Below are positions 61,916 to 64,000 of a stretch of 64,000 nt of DNA, one piece after another. The stretch covers positions 160,001 through 224,000 of the forward strand of contig JBFWNU010000004.1 in NCBI GenBank assembly GCA_050250895.1, given 5' to 3'. The notes below the pieces were generated by a model. The model was not told the origin of the DNA. It saw nothing but the letters and a program-made list of their open reading frames with translations, and searched no databases. Within the stretch, counting starts at the first letter, position 1; every line of letters begins with the position of its first letter. Position numbers and translations under genes: made by a program. This stretch comes from Vulcanimicrobiota bacterium (lineage in GTDB: Bacteria > Vulcanimicrobiota > Xenobia > Xenobiales > JADMJV01).

Positions 61916-62671
61916 GTGCGTCTGTTGATGGTTCTACTCACTTGCCTGTGGCTAAGTGCTTGCGGCACGCCGCCGACTCCCGAGGCCAGCCCTACCCCTG
62001 ACCCGTCGATGGCGACCCCCACTCCCGAAGTTAGCGCGTCTCCCGAGGAGACACCTTCCTCCGAGGCCAGTCTGCCCGAAGACATCGGCGAACTCGAGCC
62101 GGCCCTGAAACGTGTCTACAAGGACCACGCTTACTGTGTGACCACACGCGACGTGGACGGCATGCTGAACTTCTATACCTTTCCCTTTGACGACGACGGA
62201 GAGCCGCAGACCAGAGACCAGGTCAAGGCGGACTTGCAAGAACTGGTGGACGACATGAACGAACTGGAGCGCAAAGCCGAATCGACTCTGCGATTTAGCT
62301 TTCGTGACGAAATCCGGGGGCTGGCCCGAGAGGGCGACCATAAGGTGGCCGTTAAAGGGCGATTCACGCTGGTGGCGCGCAACCCCGCCACCGGAGTCCG
62401 TTACGAACGGGTTCAAGAAGGCATCGATATCTGGACCAACCGGGACGGCAAGTGGAAAATGTGCGGCTCGAAAGAGTATGTGGAACTCTCGGCCGGCATC
62501 GTCGAGGGTAAACCCGAGGTCAAAGTGGCGCCGCGGCAGCCCAGTCAGCCAGTGTCGCGCCCGGGCCTGGGCAACAACCACTCCTATGACCCCAATCGCT
62601 ATCAGCAGATGCAGCAGGAGCGGATCCGGCAGCTCAATCAGTATCCCGCCCAACACGGCTTCGGCCGATAA
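61916..62671 (+). CDS. lipoprotein with Pro/Thr linker and NTF2-like domain
   Basis: GGAGG RBS, GTG start, LSAC lipobox, D.W...DGKWK. Confidence 0.75.
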   Translation: MRLLMVLLTCLWLSACGTPPTPEASPTPDPSMATPTPEVSASPEETPSSEASLPEDIGELEPALKRVYKDHAYCVTTRDVDGMLNFYTFPFDDDGEPQTRDQVKADLQELVDDMNELERKAESTLRFSFRDEIRGLAREGDHKVAVKGRFTLVARNPATGVRYERVQEGIDIWTNRDGKWKMCGSKEYVELSAGIVEGKPEVKVAPRQPSQPVSRPGLGNNHSYDPNRYQQMQQERIRQLNQYPAQHGFGR

Positions 62672-62698
62672 AAAAAAACAGCGCCCCGAAAGGCGCCG
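62670..62698 (-). terminator. intrinsic terminator (minus strand)
   Basis: CGGCGCCT-TTCG-GGGCGCTG + T9; G-U pairs possible only on the minus strand. Confidence 0.8.
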
Positions 62699-62751
62699 CA
62701 CACACACAGGACCAGTTATTGGATGGGGCGTTGATGCCCGCTCCGTAGCGT
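62670..62751 (-). ncRNA. candidate small RNA
   Basis: TATGAT -10 at 62758-62763, two short hairpins, GU-rich tract, UUCG terminator + T9; no ORF. Confidence 0.55.
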
Positions 62752-62815
62752 AGGTTGATCATAGACCCCACACCTGGAGACGCACTTGGAACTCGTCCGT
62801 CAAAGATTGACTTCG

Positions 62816-62845
62816 TGTAAACTTTGTTAACCGGGCAAGTTTACA
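62816..62845. promoter_or_regulatory. inverted-repeat operator candidate TGTAAACTT-N12-AAGTTTACA
   Basis: Perfect 9-bp arms between the sRNA candidate and the response regulator. Confidence 0.5.
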
Positions 62846-62862
62846 GCCGGCCTGCTAGGGAA

Positions 62863-64000
62863 ATGTCCAGACTTCCAGAAGCACCCCAGGTGTCTGCAGC
62901 CCGAATTCTTGTTTTAGAAGATGACCCCGAAATGCGCGCCATTCTGGCCCAGGTTCTCGAAGACCAGGGCTACGAAGTCACCGCCGTCGACCGCGGGGAA
63001 GCAGCCGTAAAAAGCGCCAGGGATGCCACCTTCGACCTGATCGTCGCCGATATCCGAATGGACGGAATGAGTGGGCTCGAGGCCGTAGCTCAAACCAAAG
63101 CCCACCAGCCCGAGATCGGGACCATCATCGTGTCGGGGTATGCCACTCCTGAAGAGACTTCGCGAGCCCGCCAACTCGAGGTCGGGGGCTTTCTCAAGAA
63201 GCCTTTCCGCATGAAAGAGTTCCTGGCCCTGGTGCGCACCGAACTCGCCGATCGTCACCGGGCCGAGCAAAGCCAGGTTCGCGGCCTGTCGATTCGTGAA
63301 GCCCTGCTGTGGGCGCTGGGGGCCTTGCGGGTGGTGGCCGAGACCTCCCCTCCTCCATTTCCCCCCGGTCACCTGTTGCGGGCTGAAAACCTGGCCGCCG
63401 CCCTGTGCCAGTCACTCGAATTGGCGCCCGAGGTGACCGCCGAGGTCAAGGCAGCCAGCCTGCTGGCCCTGCTCGAAGAGATCAATCCCCTACCCGAAGG
63501 ATTCGGCTCAGACGTCAGCTTTCTGCCGGCCCTGAAGACAGCCCTGTCCCACTATCACGACCGCTGGGACGAGGATCCCAAACCTCCGACCGAGGCTCGC
63601 ATCGTGGCCCTGGTGGTGGCTGCCTGTGAAGAGCCGCGAGCCGACAGCGACCCCCTGCCCACCTCGGGCGAACTGGGCCAGCGCGACCCAGGCTATCTTG
63701 ACCCGAGCTTGCTCAAAGTCTATCACGAACTGGCCCACACCGACCTCGAGCAGACGGTCAAAGTGGCCAGCAGTTCCGAATCGCCGGCCCGCAACTTGCT
63801 CTCGCTGGCCCGCACCCTCGAGCGGGTGGGCGACGGCAACGGAGCGATCAAAGCTTTCACCGAGGCCTCAGCCCTGGCGCCCAACCGGCGCGAGTCGGTC
63901 GAGGCTTTGCTGGGCAAGGCTAGGCTCACCCCTCCCGACGAGTCAGCCAGGTCGGCCCTGGCAGCCGCCGAGACCGCCCGCCGTCTGGGTCCGGTCATTG
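62863..64000 (+). CDS. response regulator with degenerate HD-GYP-like and TPR-like regions (partial, runs off window)
   Basis: Manual translation ILVLEDD..LIVADIRM..KKPF, later HYHDRWD; no stop before the edge. Confidence 0.8.
   Translation, partial: MSRLPEAPQVSAARILVLEDDPEMRAILAQVLEDQGYEVTAVDRGEAAVKSARDATFDLIVADIRMDGMSGLEAVAQTKAHQPEIGTIIVSGYATPEETSRARQLEVGGFLKKPFRMKEFLALVRTELADRHRAEQSQVRGLSIREALLWALGALRVVAETSPPPFPPGHLLRAENLAAALCQSLELAPEVTAEVKAASLLALLEEINPLPEGFGSDVSFLPALKTALSHYHDRWDEDPKPPTEARIVALVVAACEEPRADSDPLPTSGELGQRDPGYLDPSLLKVYHELAHTDLEQTVKVASSSESPARNLLSLARTLERVGDGNGAIKAFTEASALAPNRRESVEALLGKARLTPPDESARSALAAAETARRLGPVI

Overview
High-GC bacterial chromosomal window that is densely coding, with about 55 real genes; most other ORFs in the track are antisense or alternate-frame shadows. 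Gene style suggests Candidatus Eremiobacterota/Vulcanimicrobiota, but this is inference only. Core content: tRNA-Thr(CGT), tag, a macro-domain protein, OsmC, GGDEF and two-component genes, LD-carboxypeptidase, system II cytochrome c biogenesis (ResB/CcsA), scattered type IV pilus genes, EndoQ, RNase Z-like, serC, ligA, a wax-ester pair (FAR + WS/DGAT) and an FKBP. Strongest leads: (1) a lipoprotein ending in (GGY)9-GPY, lying between two paralogous GT-C-like membrane proteins and 3.3 kb from a lipid-anchored animal-type heme peroxidase, a candidate tyrosine-crosslinked/glycosylated surface system; (2) a transposase-free ABC-ATPase + PIN-like cassette bounded by 35-bp imperfect inverted repeats; (3) a DUF222-like HNH gene with an internal palindrome that is duplicated upstream; (4) signal-peptide-less M-x-I/Pro-rich-leader proteins, including an ADP-ribosyltransferase-like one, with a shared TTAACATC motif; (5) a tandem-duplicated Amj flippase; (6) an unannotated ~82-nt sRNA; (7) an 11-unit 25-bp tandem array. 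All product calls come from motif recognition, not database searches.
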